Counted from the first letter of the stretch, positions 1 to 15,026 are shown. The stretch is DNA of 64,000 bases from the human T2T-CHM13v2.0 reference genome, Homo sapiens (GCF_009914755.1 NC_060939.1), one strand, 5' to 3'. The notes: generated by a model from the sequence alone, not told the origin. Made by a program: numbers and translations.

Positions 1-3000
1 ATGTAATCAACTCCTGTTGGTTTTATTCAAGTTGGAATGCTAATTTTGAAATAGTCTCATTAAGTTTTATATTATTATGTCAGCTGACCTTTTAAAAGTA
101 TTTACACATATAGTTAGTACACTCAGAAGAAAGTATACCTACTTAACAGTAATATAGTAAAACTCCTTTAAAAAAAGCTTTTTCCCTATTTTGTAAAATT
201 CCAATTATGTTTTCAAAAGAATTTATATATGAAGAAAAAGCACCTAAGCATATATGATGATATTTAACATATTGTGGTGATAATAAGAGGCTCTTTGCCT
301 AATAGATTTACCAAGCACAATATCTTAGTTTAAAATGGCTTTACGGTAGTTCTTTTTGTTTATGTGGTCACATATATCAGCTGCCAAAGAATTGTGTTTT
401 CTGACATAGAAAATATCTAAGATTCACATGGTTTAAAGAGAAAGGGGGATTTAGACCCTTGTCCTCTGTGCTTCTCTTTCATTAAAAAAGAAAGGAAAGA
501 CGGAAGTAAGGAAGGACATAATTTATGGCTTTATGTTTAAGATTTAACTACTGTTTAATGATGATTATATCAGACTTTCTCAAACTTTGAATCTGATTTC
601 TTAAATTCATACCTCTTTCCTAGATGCATTTCTTTTAAATATCTATATTATTATTTTGTACTATAGCCGTGAAATCACTATCATTGTCAGTGTGTATAAT
701 ACTTTTGTAAAGGATTAACAGATTAAAGGAGAATTTGAGTAGCTTTGACCTACAAATTTATAAACTGCAAAGACTTTTCTCCATATGTGACTAGCAGCAT
801 TTTTACTTCACCATGATTTAATAAAGTTTATATAAATCAATAATGCTGTTTTTGTAACTTGTATTTTTTTTTAAATCTGGAATTCTCTCTGTTCTTTGTA
901 GAAACTCAACTAGATTATGAAAAAGTTAGTTCTGTTAAATAGCAAAATTGCATGTTGACTCCTTGCAAGATTGAGAGAGTCAAGTGAGGAGGTTTCCGCG
1001 TTAGCTGGAATTGTCTATAAAGAATAAAAATTTTGGCTTCTGTGTGTAGTCAGAGTGTGACCACCATCCATCACCTCAATAGCAGACATCAGATTTGTTC
1101 ATCACTTGGTTTCCAAGGTCTAATAATCCCTCAAGAATTTAGAGTGTTGTTGACTGTCCCCATTTACATCAGTGAAGGCTTTGCAACAGGTGCAGCTGTG
1201 TATACTAATTGCAGGGTGTGCCTAATCTGTCCAGAAGGGAGAGTACCTCCAAATTTGGTATCTTAAAGAGTGGAGTGACCTTTTAAAGTCCCAGAATGAG
1301 AATTGCCAACAATTCCAACAGGCTAATTATACCCACAAGGAGTTGTGAAGTGCTTTTAAGTTTTCCTGTACACCTAAAAGTTCAGTGAACGGCTTGAAGT
1401 CATTAACATATGACAGATGCACTCCCTTTTCAAGAGCTTGTATGATAAGTTTTGATTGTAGAAGTGGGAATTTGACCTCTAGCTTATCACTTGCTTCATT
1501 AGCGTGCTTGAGGACAAGGAGTTTTTTTTTTGTTTTTTGTTTTGACGTGAGTGTTATCTTACTCATGTTCCAGAATTCTATCTGCCTCCTTCTCTCTGCT
1601 GATCTGAAGTCACAGTAGATAACCTTGATGCTGGTTTTTTAAAAGCATCACGCATTGTGTAGTGTTACATATATTTTATATATAAATATATACACTATGA
1701 ATATGTTTCTGAGCATGGGTCTTTCAAAGTTTTGATTCATTATTTTAGATATACTGCCTCCCATGTGATTTCTGTTCTTTTTCATGGAAAAGGAAGAAAT
1801 ACACTTTTTGGCTCATAAAGATGACTGAAAGTCCGACTTCTACATTTCCACAAACTGACCACTTCTTGAAGTGAATGAGAATAAGGGAATGAAGTTTGGG
1901 ACTCTGCACACACATGGAGGAAAGTATGCTACCCAAAGAATGAACGAATGCTAGAGGTGTACCCATAAAGAGATGCGGAAATGAAGCTTAGAAGGATTTC
2001 ATGTGGTAAACTCTGTGACTGCAGCACTTAAATGAAATTGCTTTTTATTATCTGGTTGAAAAATCATCCAAAATAAGCCATACAGGACAAAGGCTAAAAA
2101 GCTTCTGGGTAAAAGCAGTCTTGGATAATTTAATTTTCTCCCACAGCAGTTCTGTATTTACCTGCTTATGATGTCTGTTTCAATTCCTTAAAAGACTGTA
2201 TACCTAAACTTTATTTTAAAATGTTTTCTGTTAAATTAAAATCCTCTGTTTATAGAAGTCACTATTCCCTTAACCTCTAAGGGGGTTATGTAAATTTTAT
2301 ATTCCCTAAGGGCACAGTCATATTTAGCTGTGTTCCTGTCAATTACCAGCAAGCTCTTTTTGTACAATTAGGGGGTGGTTAATTTACTCTAGTAAGGTTG
2401 CCACCTGTCTAGGGATTAACCCAAACAGGTTGGAAGTCACAGAGAGACTTTTGAATTGAGGTTTAAAGCAGTAGGAGTTGATTTATTAACTCTCTACTAC
2501 CATTTTGGTGGCATTTTCTGGGTTGATCAGTGGTACTTGTGACAGAAGGTGTTTTCTTGGTCCCTACGTTTGTGAGGTTGGAAAAGTACATTGTTAAAAT
2601 TTTAAGTGTCACTGGAAATCTGTGAACAGTAGGTGTAATCATGCCTGGTACCCATGAAAATGAACTGGAAAGATCTTCCACTCCTCTCCATTGTTTCCAG
2701 TCTTATAATATCTTATCAAATTGTTGGATCAGTGGGAAGTGGCATCCTTAAATAATGTGGATAGTTTGAAGACTAGGATTGTGTTCAATGGAAATAACAT
2801 CTTATCTGGTGTGTCAGGAAAATAAAACATGAAGAACATTGATGATATAGTTCACAGGAGAATACGAGGAGGTAATTTTACAGTATTTAAAATAAGCTGT
2901 GAGAAATACCCAATTTATTAGTTTAAAGAAACATGCCTTAAGTTTTCTGATACAATATGTAAAATATAATAGCTTACTTCATATGATCTAATATGCATTC

Positions 3001-3189
3001 CATCTGGAGTCTTGTTCCACTAAAAGTGTGCCCGCGATCATGACTGACTTCTTTGAGATCTGTGTGTGTGTCTCTTTCCCTCCCTCCCTTCCTCCCTCTT
3101 AACTTCCTTTTATTCCTTCTTCTGTCTTTCCTTCATTCCAGTTTAAAATTAAGTGTATTGTACGTTATATAAGTATTCTTTTTTCAATT

Positions 3190-4135
3190 ATAACCTGTTA
3201 TGGATATGCAATTCACATACTGTAACATTCACCCTTTTTAAGTGTACAATTCAGTGACTTTTAGTATATTCACAAACTTGGGCATCCATCACCATTATCT
3301 AATTACAGAATATTTTACGACCCCAAAAAGAAACCCAGTACCCATCAGGCATGGCTCCCCATTCTCACACTGGCTCAGTTCAGTCCTAGGCGATCACTAA
3401 TCTACTAGATGTTTCTACCGATTTGCCTATCTGGACATTTTGTATAATGGATATTATACAATACGACTAGCTTTAACGTAGCGTAATGTTTTTGGGATTC
3501 ATTCGTGTTGTCTCATTCTTTCTTATTGCTGAAAAATCCATTGTAGGAATATACTACCTTTTGTTTATCCTTTTATTAGTTTGTAGACATTTGGTTGTTT
3601 CCCTTTTTGGGCTATTATGATTAAATGCTTCTATGAACATTAATGTATAAATTTTTGTGTTGGCCTATGTTTTTGTTTCTCTTGGATAGATACCTTGGAG
3701 CAGAATTTCTGGGTCATATGGTTTAACATTTTGAGGAACCATAAAACTAGTTTTCAAAGTGGCTGCATCATTTTACGTTTCTCCATAGGAATGTATGAGG
3801 GTTTTAATTTCTCAGAATCATCAATAACACTTGTGTATTGTGTCCTTTTGATTATATTCCTGGTGGGTATGAAGTGGTATCTCACTGTGGTTTTGATTTC
3901 TATTTCCTCAGTGACTAATGATGTTGGGAATCTTTTTATGTGTTTATTGGCTGTTTGTATATTTTCTTTGAAGAAATGTCTATCTACATTCTTTGTTCAT
4001 TTTCTAATTGGGTTGTCATTTTATTATTGAGCTGTAAGAGTTATTTACATATTCTAGATACAAGCCTTATATACGTGATTTGCAAGTATTTTTTTCTAGT
4101 CTGTTGGTTCTCTTTTTTATTTTATTTATGGTGTC
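3190..4135 (-). mobile_element. Old L1 (L1M-type) 3' end fragment
   Basis: Typical antisense L1 3' motifs (aagtgtacaattcagtg, ggctgcatcattttacg, gtggtatctcactgtggttttgattt). Confidence 0.8.
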
Positions 4136-4473
4136 CTTGAGTTATTCTTTTTTAAGGATCTTACTTCCAGAAGGAAGGTACAGAAGATCAATATAGAGAT
4201 ATCTGTAACCTTTCTATGAGGAGAATTTTATCACTCTTTAGTGAAGTTCTTATTGTTCAATACACTATTTTAGTAAAAGTTGTTTTTCTTTAAACAGTAT
4301 GTTAAATTAAAAAAAAACTTGGCAAGCAATCTCCTGAATCTCCTGAATATAACTTTAAAAGTTAGGCATGCTTTTAATTTTTTCCCTTTTCGCTTTGCCT
4401 TTTAAAGTTATACACAAATATGTATATTTAAAGTTTTACACAAATCTCTGTGTGTGTGTATGTATGTGTGTAT

Positions 4474-4476
<3 letters not shown>

Positions 4477-4520
<44 letters not shown>
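4477..4520 (+). repeat. (GATA)11 microsatellite, preceded by (TG)/(TA) repeats
   Basis: Direct read. Confidence 0.95.
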
Positions 4521-4826
<306 letters not shown>

Positions 4827-4980
4827 TGATCATATCATCTAAGCTGACAATTTGATAGGAGTGATGTTAGTAAAGTGCTAAAAATAAAAACTTGTATAAA
4901 CCAGTAAAAATGTTACTTAAAAAATAACTATAATTGTAAAGAATCAGGGATCTATCAACTTAAAATGAGAAAACTTAAAG

Positions 4981-5068
4981 GGCTGGGTGTGGTGGCTCAC
5001 ACCTGTAATCCCAGCACTTTAAAGGGGGGACCGAGACAGGAGGATCGCTTGAAGCCAGGAGTTTGAGA
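4981..5068 (+). mobile_element. 3'-truncated, tailless Alu/FLAM fragment
   Basis: Alu 5' end (ggctgggtgtggtggctcac...) stops at gagtttgaga. It is flanked by tgagaaaa(aa)cttaaa on both sides. Confidence 0.85.
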
Positions 5069-8000
5069 AAAAACTTAAACTCAGTTCTATTGCTTTTACA
5101 AAGTGATTAACCAGATATGGTTTATGAAATGTATTTCTTTAGCTGAATGCTGGGAAGAGACCATCACCTTTCTTGGGCCAGAAGATACTGGCCTGGGGAT
5201 CCAGACCAGGTAGGAGGTCTGGCTTCCAAAGCCAGTTTTGCTGCAGTGCTAAGAGCATGGCCCTGGGCAAGTCACTTACTGTCTTGGAGCTCCAGTTTGT
5301 CCATGTGGATAGAAAGAGCTCCTGTTTTTCACACAGGATGTGTTAAGCTTTTAAGAAGGATGTAGTGCCAGGATAATGCCCTGCCAATCTGGAGGCTGGT
5401 GTTTTAGTAAAGCTGTGAAAAGGAAACTTTCTACAGTCTGAGAGAGAAAAGATGAGAGCTTCTGCCTTGTACAGCTCTCTGTGTGACCACATGCTTTAGC
5501 TCTCTGACATATCAAAGTAGGGCATGTACCTTAGGAGCTCCTCTGGTTGAATATTATCTCAGAGGTCTCAAAGACTGGCTATCTTGCTAAAGTAGTTTAT
5601 CAGCAAAATACGAGAAAGGGTTCACAAACTATAATATAGGAAATATTTAATCAGTAAGTAGGTATTTGCATTAAAAACAAAACAGATGACAGCTGCATCA
5701 AAGCACAGGGATAATTGCATGTTGAAATGATATTTGACTAAAGCAAGGGGCATGTAGGAAGTCACTTCAAATTGTGGTGTTGTAGAGAAGTACCTAATTG
5801 CTTGTTCCTCTTGTCACTTTGCTTCTTTTAAGTGACTTAAGCAAGGTAGATTCTTAAATTGTGCCTTTATAAATCTTTTCAGTTGTGTAATGTGAAAATT
5901 ATTAATGTATGATTATCTAGACGTAGTTGTGTAGTATATCATCTTCTTTGGATAGTTAATGACATGTTGGCTTTTGTGCCATTTATCTTGGGAAAAAAGA
6001 ATAGCTTTCTTTCACATCCACTTCTTTTGCCACACTTTATCTTTTATTTGGATGGGTTTGTATATAACTGCGTGTGAGTGTGTATGTGGGTGTGTATTTT
6101 TGTTTGCTTTATGTGTAAGTGATAATAAGAATATATGAATCTAGTTCTCAGCTAGATTCTATTTGCCTAAACAAAGGTGGATACCTGCCCTCTGCAATGG
6201 CTACTGCCTTAAGAAAATTAAGTGTCCACAGAATTGGTGACCTGTTTTTAAGAGAACCTGTAACATCTTTCTAAATGACAAATCATTCCAGCAATATTTA
6301 ATATTGGCAATTTTCTTCTGTCTGCTTTTAGAACTTATTGGCCAGCCAGGTCAGACATTATTAAAGTTCAAGGGGTCCAGTGGGAAGAGTAATGGTTTTG
6401 TGCTACTAGGAATTTTAAGTGTTGCCATTTTCAGGTGTTATAGCATCTGTTCTCACATGCCACTAAAAATGTATAGAAGTTTTAGACCAAATTCAGGGTC
6501 AAGGTTACAAGAGTGATGATGCTTCTGACTCATTCTCTTAGCGTTATGTTACCCAAATTATCTGCATAACATTCTGTAGTAAGATCATTTTTAACAAGTT
6601 ATTTGAAAGAACTTATTATAACAGGCTTTTTTGGGGGAGGCCTTAGCACTTCTTGGCAATTTGTTTAGGTACAGTTGGAGAATCTGGTTCTGACTGAACT
6701 GGGTAGCTATTGACAATACTCAGATAGACAGTAGGGAGTCCTTTAGTTCTGAGAATAACTGTGTTTTCTACTTACCAGAAGCAATGCCTTTTGAATATAA
6801 AAGTCTTGGGGAGGCTGAGTCCTGTGCTACATACTCTTTTGAGAGTCCACTCTCCAGCACGTGGAAATTGTCAACAAACAGGTGCTTGATAAATATTTGT
6901 TGAAATTCTGAATAAGTGAACTAACCACCTATTTCAAGAGGCTTCCAAATGTGTAGCTATTTAATGTACATTGGTGGGTTTAATGAAATGAAGAGAGACT
7001 GAGAAGGAAACTTATACAAAATTATCATGGGTTGGTTGAGTGAATCTAGGTATACCTGCATCTCTTTTGAGATGAAATGTCCATACCTCATAAAATCAGC
7101 TGATTTTAAAATTTTCTTAGTATTATCATTATCTTGAAAGAGAATAGGAGAAAGAAAGTTTGTGTTTTGGGAATCGAATACTTTATTCCTAAAGTTGGTA
7201 AATATTTTACTAAACGGAATCGATCGTGTCTTGAACTAAAAACATCAGCAAGGCATTTGCCTTTTATCAAATGAATATCAAGTTGTTTTTTTGGTGGTAT
7301 CTCTAGCCCTACACTCTGTTATTCACCAATGGTGTTTGTGAAATGAAGTTCATAATTATTAGAGATAACTCTTAAAGGAATAACATATAGTAGGAATTTA
7401 AAATGGCTTAAATTTATTGAGTAAGTAAAGTGAATGAAGACAACTTTTAGCCGTGGTACATTGTTCAGAATTATAGTAGCTTCATTTATAATTGTTGAGT
7501 TCACTTGGATAGAGTGCTGTTCCCATGATAGAAAATGTAGTTTTCCCCAGGTGTCTGTTTTCTCATTCTTCTAATGTGATAGAATCCTCCAGTTTTGACC
7601 AGAACATGACTTCCAAGAACAGAGGCGTCCTTGTATCTTTCATGGCCATGGGACTGAGTTCTGGCTATTGCAGAGTAAGCGTAAGTTTCATGTGGCAGCT
7701 TAGTTTTATGTGGAGCCTTCCCTAAGAGACAGCCCTTGTCTCTCTTCTTCAGGATCCTTTCTCAGTCTTGCTGTCTGGAATGCACATGCCACAGTCTTAA
7801 CTGTGGGCTGATAGAATGGTGAGCTGACAGGAGCCTGGGTCCCAAGGACTTCCTGGAGCAAAATTGCTGTGGTGGAAGAGACAAATCTTACTGGGAAAGA
7901 CAAACATTTCTGTACGGTATAATCCACAGTTATTTGGGATTGTATTTTCTATCCCTCGTAAGCGAACCTCACCCCATCTATTAGAGATAGATGGGCTGGG

Positions 8001-8901
8001 TTTTATCAGATTGGATTCCTAGGATATGAGATCAGAATGAGGCTGCATGAGAACAAGTTTGTCACCATATTCAGAGCCATTTTAAAGTGTGTGCCTTACT
8101 GATTGCTGGTGAGTCACGTAGCCTTTTAGTAAGCTTGGCATGTTATGATGCTGAGCGTCTTTACTTCCCTGGTTCTGGATTTGGTCTGACTATGTCAGGA
8201 CTTGTATATGGCTTTTACAGATTTCCTGCAATGACTAGTCTGCATTATCTTCTTGGATGTTGTAAAGATAGAGAGTTGGGTTAGGGAGCGGTTACTGATT
8301 ATATAATCAACAGGTCACAGTGCTCTTTTCAGGCATCATTATTTTTAGTCTGGACATAAACATCTTTTCCCTAAGAAAACGTTTCCATCAATCTCAGTAT
8401 TTGTCGATATCTCTTAAAAAGGTAACAGTTGGTTGCTTGAATTTTGTGATATTGTAGCCATTATCAAAATGAAAGCAGAGGCCAAAACATACTAGGTTTT
8501 TGTTCTGTATTTGATATAGTCAAAATTTCTAAGACTTAATTAGGAGCACACACTCTCTTATTCTTGTGAAGCTTAAAATCACTAATTGTTAGGCACCACG
8601 GTGTTTGGAAGCAAAACATCTCCGTTAGCAATGGCATCTCTGTTATGTGTTCACATGTTATCTCAATGCATGTTCATTTGCTGTGTCTGTGAGTTGCAAT
8701 GTTTTTACATTTTCCCTTAAAATGGATGTGTGTGTTTGGTATGCGGGTGTGGATGTTAGGGAATGAGAGGAGGAGGGTCATTCTTCACTAAGTCATCACT
8801 TGGAAGGCTAATAGGTGCAAGTCACTGTGCTATATATTGATGACGTAAAGTTAAAAAGATGTAAAGATAAAAAAGGATTCCTTGTCTTAAGAACTCAGTT
8901 T

Positions 8902-10996
8902 TGGAGAGGAGGCTGCAACGCTGAGTGGAGGAGGCAGGAACTGGAGCGTGAGCAGTAGCTAGGTGGGCACCATGGCTGGGATCACCACCATCAAGGCGGT
9001 GAAGCGCAAGATCCAGGTTGTGCAGCAGCAGGCAGATGATGCAGAGGAGTGAGCTGAGCGCCTCCAGCAAGAAGTAGAGGGAGAAAGGCGGGCCCGGGAA
9101 CAGGCTGAGGCTGAGGTGGCCTCCTTGAACCGTAGGATCAAGCTGGTTGAAGAGGAGCTGGACCGTGCTCAGGAGCGCCTGGCTACTGCCCTGCAAAAGC
9201 TAGAAGAAGCGGAAAAAGCTGCTGATGAGAGTGAGACAGGTATGAAGGTTTTTGAAAACCGGGCCTTAAAAGATGAAGAAAAGATAGAACTCCAGGAAAT
9301 CCAACCCAAAGAAGCTAAGCACATTGCAGAAGAGGCAGATAGGAAGTATGAAGAGGTGGCTTGTAAGTGGGTGATCACTGAAGGAGACTTGGAACGCACA
9401 GAGAATGAGCTGAGCTGGCAGAGCCCCGTTGCCGAGAGATGGATGAGCAGATCAGACTGATGGACCAGAACCTGAAGTGTCTGAGTGCTGCTGAAGAAAA
9501 CTACTCTCAGAAAGAAGACAAATATGAGGAAGAGATCAAGATTCTACTGATAAACTCAAGGAGAGACCTGTGCTGAGTTTGCTGAGAGATCGGTAGCCAA
9601 GCTGGAAATGACTTGGAAGATAAACTGAAATGCACCAAAGAGGAGTATTCTGTACACAGAGGTTGCTGGACCAGACTCTGCTGACCTGAATGAGCTGTAG
9701 AATGCCCCATTCCCACCCTGCTGCTGCTCCTCCCTCTGACCCTGACTCCACCTAAGGCCAGCCTGCCCGAAGCTGACCTTTAACTGAGGGCCGATCTTTA
9801 ACTGGAAGGCTGCTTTCTCCTTTCGCCACCCCCTTCTCCCCTGTGGCTTTTTTGCCAAACTGTCTCTGCCTCTTCCCAGAGATTCCAGCTGGGCTAGAGG
9901 CTGAGCACCTTTGGAAACAACATTTAAGGGAATGTGAGCACAATGCATAGTGTCTTTAAAAAGCATGTTATGATGTACACATTTTGTAATTACCTTTTTT
10001 GTTGTTTTGTAGCAACCATTTGTCAAACATTCCAAATAATTCCACAGCCCTGAAGCAGCAATCTAATCCCTTTCTCACTTTTGGAAGGTGACTTTTCACC
10101 TTAATGCATATTCCCCTCTCCATAGAGGAGAGGAAAAGGTATAGGCCTGCCTTACTGAGAGCCAAACAGAGCCCAGGGAAAGACTGTACTATGGGAAGCC
10201 TCATTGCTGTCTACAAAGTACTAGCTAAACCAGAAAGGTGATTCCAGGAGGAGTTAGCCAAACAACAACAAAAACAAAAAATGTGCTGTTCAAGTTTTCA
10301 GCTTTAATATATCTTTGGATAATGTTATTTCTATTTTATTTTTTCATTAGAAGTCACCAAATTAAGATGGTAAGACCTCTGAGACAAAATTTTTGTCCCG
10401 TCTCTACCCCCTCCCAACTGCTTACAGAATGGATCATGTCCCCCCTTATGTTGAGGTAACCATTTAATTGCTTTCCTGCCTCCTTGAAAGAAAGAAAGAA
10501 GATTGTGTTTTTGCCACTGATTTAGCCGTGTGAAACTCATCTCATTACCCTTTTCTGAGTTTGAAGCTGCTGTCTCTAGAAGTGCCATCTCATTGTGCTT
10601 TGTATCAGTCAGTGCTGGAGAAATCTTGAATAGCTTACGTACAAAACTTTTTAAAATTTATATTATTTTGAAACTTTGCTTCTTTGGGTTTGTGGCACCC
10701 TGGCCACCGCATCTGGCTGTGACAGCCTCTGCAGTCCGTGGGCTGGCAGTTTGTTGATCTTTTAAAGTTTCTTTCCCTACACAGTGCCCATTTTCTGGTA
10801 AGGTTTCTAGGAGGTCTGTTAGGTGTACATCCTGCAGCTTATTGGCTTAAAATGTACTCTCCTTTGATGTGGTCTCTTTGGGGCTGATTGGGAGAAAGAG
10901 AAATCAATAGTGCAACTGTTTTGATACTGAATATTGACAAGTGTCTTTTTGAAATAAAGAACCAGTCCCTCCAAAAATGAAAATAATAATAATAAA
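8902..10996 (+). pseudogene. Processed pseudogene of TPM3, short cytoskeletal isoform (Tpm3.1-like), with 5'UTR, CDS, long 3'UTR and poly(A) remnant
   Basis: ATG at 8972 (MAGITTIKAVKRKIQV...). Premature TGA at 9050-9052 (CGA>TGA) and a frameshift near 9403. Parental stop at 9698-9700, AATAAA at 10953-10958, A-rich tail. TSD AAGAACTCA(G/A)TTT at 8889-8901 and 10997-11009. Intronless. Confidence 0.95.
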
Positions 10997-11572
10997 AAGA
11001 ACTCAATTTAATGGAAAAGCAAATGAAGAAAAGAATACTTCAATTAAAATTAATCTGCACAATGAAGTGTGGTCCAAAAAATAATTAAAGTTCAACATGA
11101 GACTTATTTATGGGCTCACTAAATCCAGAAATCTGAAGGGTTTCATGAACTCCTAGCCCAAAGCAATTCTATTGAGAGCCCCTGAAACAGCAGTGCGAGT
11201 CCCGCAACAACCAATGAAAGATTATTCTACCTACATTTGTGAATGCTTAAAATTTAGTTTTTTAAAAACACAGTCCTTCTCAATTTCTTGTTTTGTTTTT
11301 TGGTTTGAAGTTACATGTTGTTTTTCCTCTGGTTTTCTTCTTGGGGCATTATATAATTGTCAGAATTCTGTTAAAATTCAGGTTTGATGTAGTCATTTTG
11401 GAAATTCCCAGGTATCCTCCTTCATATTTTTATTCTAAAAGCAATTCTGAAGAACATTTGCCTTCACAGTGTTTCAATTCAGTCTAACATTGGACCAGTG
11501 GGAGAATATAGCAAGAGCATCGATGGGGGAAAATGGATGTGTGTACAGAAAAACATAAGCGGCATGATGTAG

Positions 11573-12082
<510 letters not shown>

Positions 12083-12132
12083 TAATATCAGCCTTGTGCA
12101 AATTCCAGTATTGTTCCAAGAATATAATGCAA

Positions 12133-12468
<336 letters not shown>

Positions 12469-14967
12469 TTATACCTTTTAATATTTCAGAACAAAAACTT
12501 ATTTAAAAAATTTATTCTGTTGGGGCACGGGCCTGTGAGCCAGTTAGAGTTGCAGCTGTGGGAACGATTGGGCCGAGCAGAGGACGACATGTTGTTTTTC
12601 GTGGAGCAGGTAACATCTAAAGGAACTGGTTTAAATCCTAATGCCAAAGTATGGCAAGAAATTGCTCCTGGGAATACTGATGCCACCCCAGTAACTCATA
12701 GAACTGAAAGCTCTTGGCATGAAACAGCAGCCACATCGGGTGCTCATCCTGAGGTTAATGCAGAGCTCTCAGAAGATATATGTAAAGAATATGAAGTAAT
12801 GTGTTCTTTGTCTTGTGAAACCACAAGAAATACTACAGGCATTGAAGAATCAACTGATGGGATGATTTTAGGACCAGAAGATCTGAGTTACCAAATATAT
12901 GATGTTTCTGGAGAAAGCAATTCAGCAATTTCTACAGAAGACCTAAAAGAATGTCTAAAGAAACAATTAGAATTCTGGTTTTCACGAGAAAATTTGTCAA
13001 AGGATCTTTACTTGATCTCTCAAATGGATAGTGATCAGTTCATCCCAATTTGGACAGTTGTTAACATGGAAGAAATAAAAAAGTTGACCACAGACCCTGA
13101 TGTAATTCTTGAAGTGTTAAGTTCTTCTCCCATGGTACAAATTGATGAGAAGGGTAAAAAAGTGAGCCAAGTCATAAGCGTTGTATTGTGATTCTTAGAG
13201 AGATTCCTGAAACAACACCAATAGAGGAAGTGAAAGCTTTGTTCAAATTGAAAACTGCCCCAAAGTGATAAGTTGTGAGTTTGCACACAGTAGCAGCTGG
13301 TATATCACTTTCCAGTCAGACACAGATACACAAAAGGCTTTTAAATCCTTAAGAGAAGAAGTTAAAACATTTCAGGGCAAGCCAATTATGGCAAGGATAA
13401 AAGCCATCAATACATTTTTTGCTAAGAATTGTTACTAATTAATGGATTCTAGTATCTATAGTCAGCCCATTCAGACTCAAGCACAGTATGCCTCCCCAGT
13501 CTTTATGCAGCCTGTATATAATCTTCACCAGCAGTTCTCGGTCTATAGTATTATTCCTCAGTCTTGGTCTCCAAATCCTACACCTTACTTTGAAACACCA
13601 CTGGCCCGCTTTCCCAATGGTAGTTTTGTGAATGGCATTAATTCACCAGGATCTTATAAAAGACATGCTACTGCTATGAATATGGGTCGACCATTCCAAA
13701 AAAAAACCTGAAGCCTCATTTTAGGTCATCCAGTGGTTCAGAACACTCAACAGAGGACTCTGTATCATTGGGGGATGGACAATTGAACAGATCTAGTTCA
13801 AAAAATTTTTCAACTGAAAGCATAATCCTACAGTAACTGGGGATTAGGAGCAAACTTAACTTCAAAAGGAGACTTCCACTTTGCAGATGGAACAAAATGG
13901 GGACTATGGTAGGGGCAGGAGAACTCTTTTCAGAGGTCGAAGATGACGACAAGATGTCAATCTCAAGACCTCATCCTTCAACAGCTGAATCAAAGCCTCC
14001 AACACCAAAGTTTGACTTACTAGCCTCAAATTTTCCACCTTTACCTGGAAGTTCATCAAGAATCCCAGATAAACTCATTTTGGAGAATAGGATGTCTGAT
14101 GTTGTTAAAGGTGTCTACAAAGAAAAGGATAATGAAGTGTTGAGAGTTAGTTGCCCAGTGCCTGCAGATGAGCAGACAGAATGCACTTCTGCCCAGCAAC
14201 TCAGTATGAGTACCAGTTCTCCATGTGCAGCTGAGCCTACTGCATTAAGCACAACTCAGCCAAAAAAAAAAAAAAAAAGGATCTAATAGAGGATTCCTCT
14301 GTTCAGAAGGATGGTCTCAACCAGACAACTATACCAGTTTCTCCTCCAAGTACTACAAAGCCATGGAGGGCAAGTACTGCCTCACCATGTAATCGTAACA
14401 TAAATGTAGCTACACCGTGACTCTACAGGAACCCTGAAAGTTAAGTTATGCTGAAGTGTGCCAGAAGCCCCCTAAAGAGCCATCTTCAGTTCTTGTGTAG
14501 CCACTATGGGAACTTCGCTCCAATGTAGTGTCTCCCACGACAAACAAAGACAATGAAGCTCCTTAGAAGTCCCTTGAGAAACCAAATGAGAAGCCAGAAG
14601 CAAGGGCTAGTAAGGATTATTCTGGCTTCTGAGGCCATACCATTCCCAGGGGAGCAGCTGGAAAAATCAGGGAACAGAGATGCCAGTTTAGTCGTAGGGC
14701 TATACCTCAGGGAGTGACATGACGTAATGGCAAAGAGCAATATGTACCACCCAGATCACCAAAGTAAAAAACAACAAAGCTATTCAAAAACTTCTCTCTC
14801 TTCCCGTTAAACTTGAGCTGTAGCTATATTGAACTGTTTTGGAGGGGAGAGGGTAACCAGGAAGGAAACAGGAGAAAGTACATCCTTAAATCATTATGGA
14901 TTTTGGAGTTGTGAGTGATAGGATCCCAAAATTCATCTCTGATGTGATTTATAAATGCTGGAGGATT

Positions 14968-15009
<42 letters not shown>

Positions 15010-15026
15010 CATCCATCCACACACAC
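14968..15026 (+). repeat. Compound STR (TCTA)10(TCCA)3(CA)n inside the LARP4 retrocopy 3'UTR
   Basis: Direct read. Confidence 0.9.

Noticed and set aside
1327-1566. 79-aa minus-strand ORF with a protein-like look
   Set aside because: No recognisable family, splice context or retrocopy hallmarks; length is within chance expectation.
9116-9460. 114-aa tropomyosin ORF as a functional gene
   Set aside because: Non-ATG start, downstream of a premature stop, and it ends in a frameshift. It is part of the TPM3 retrocopy.
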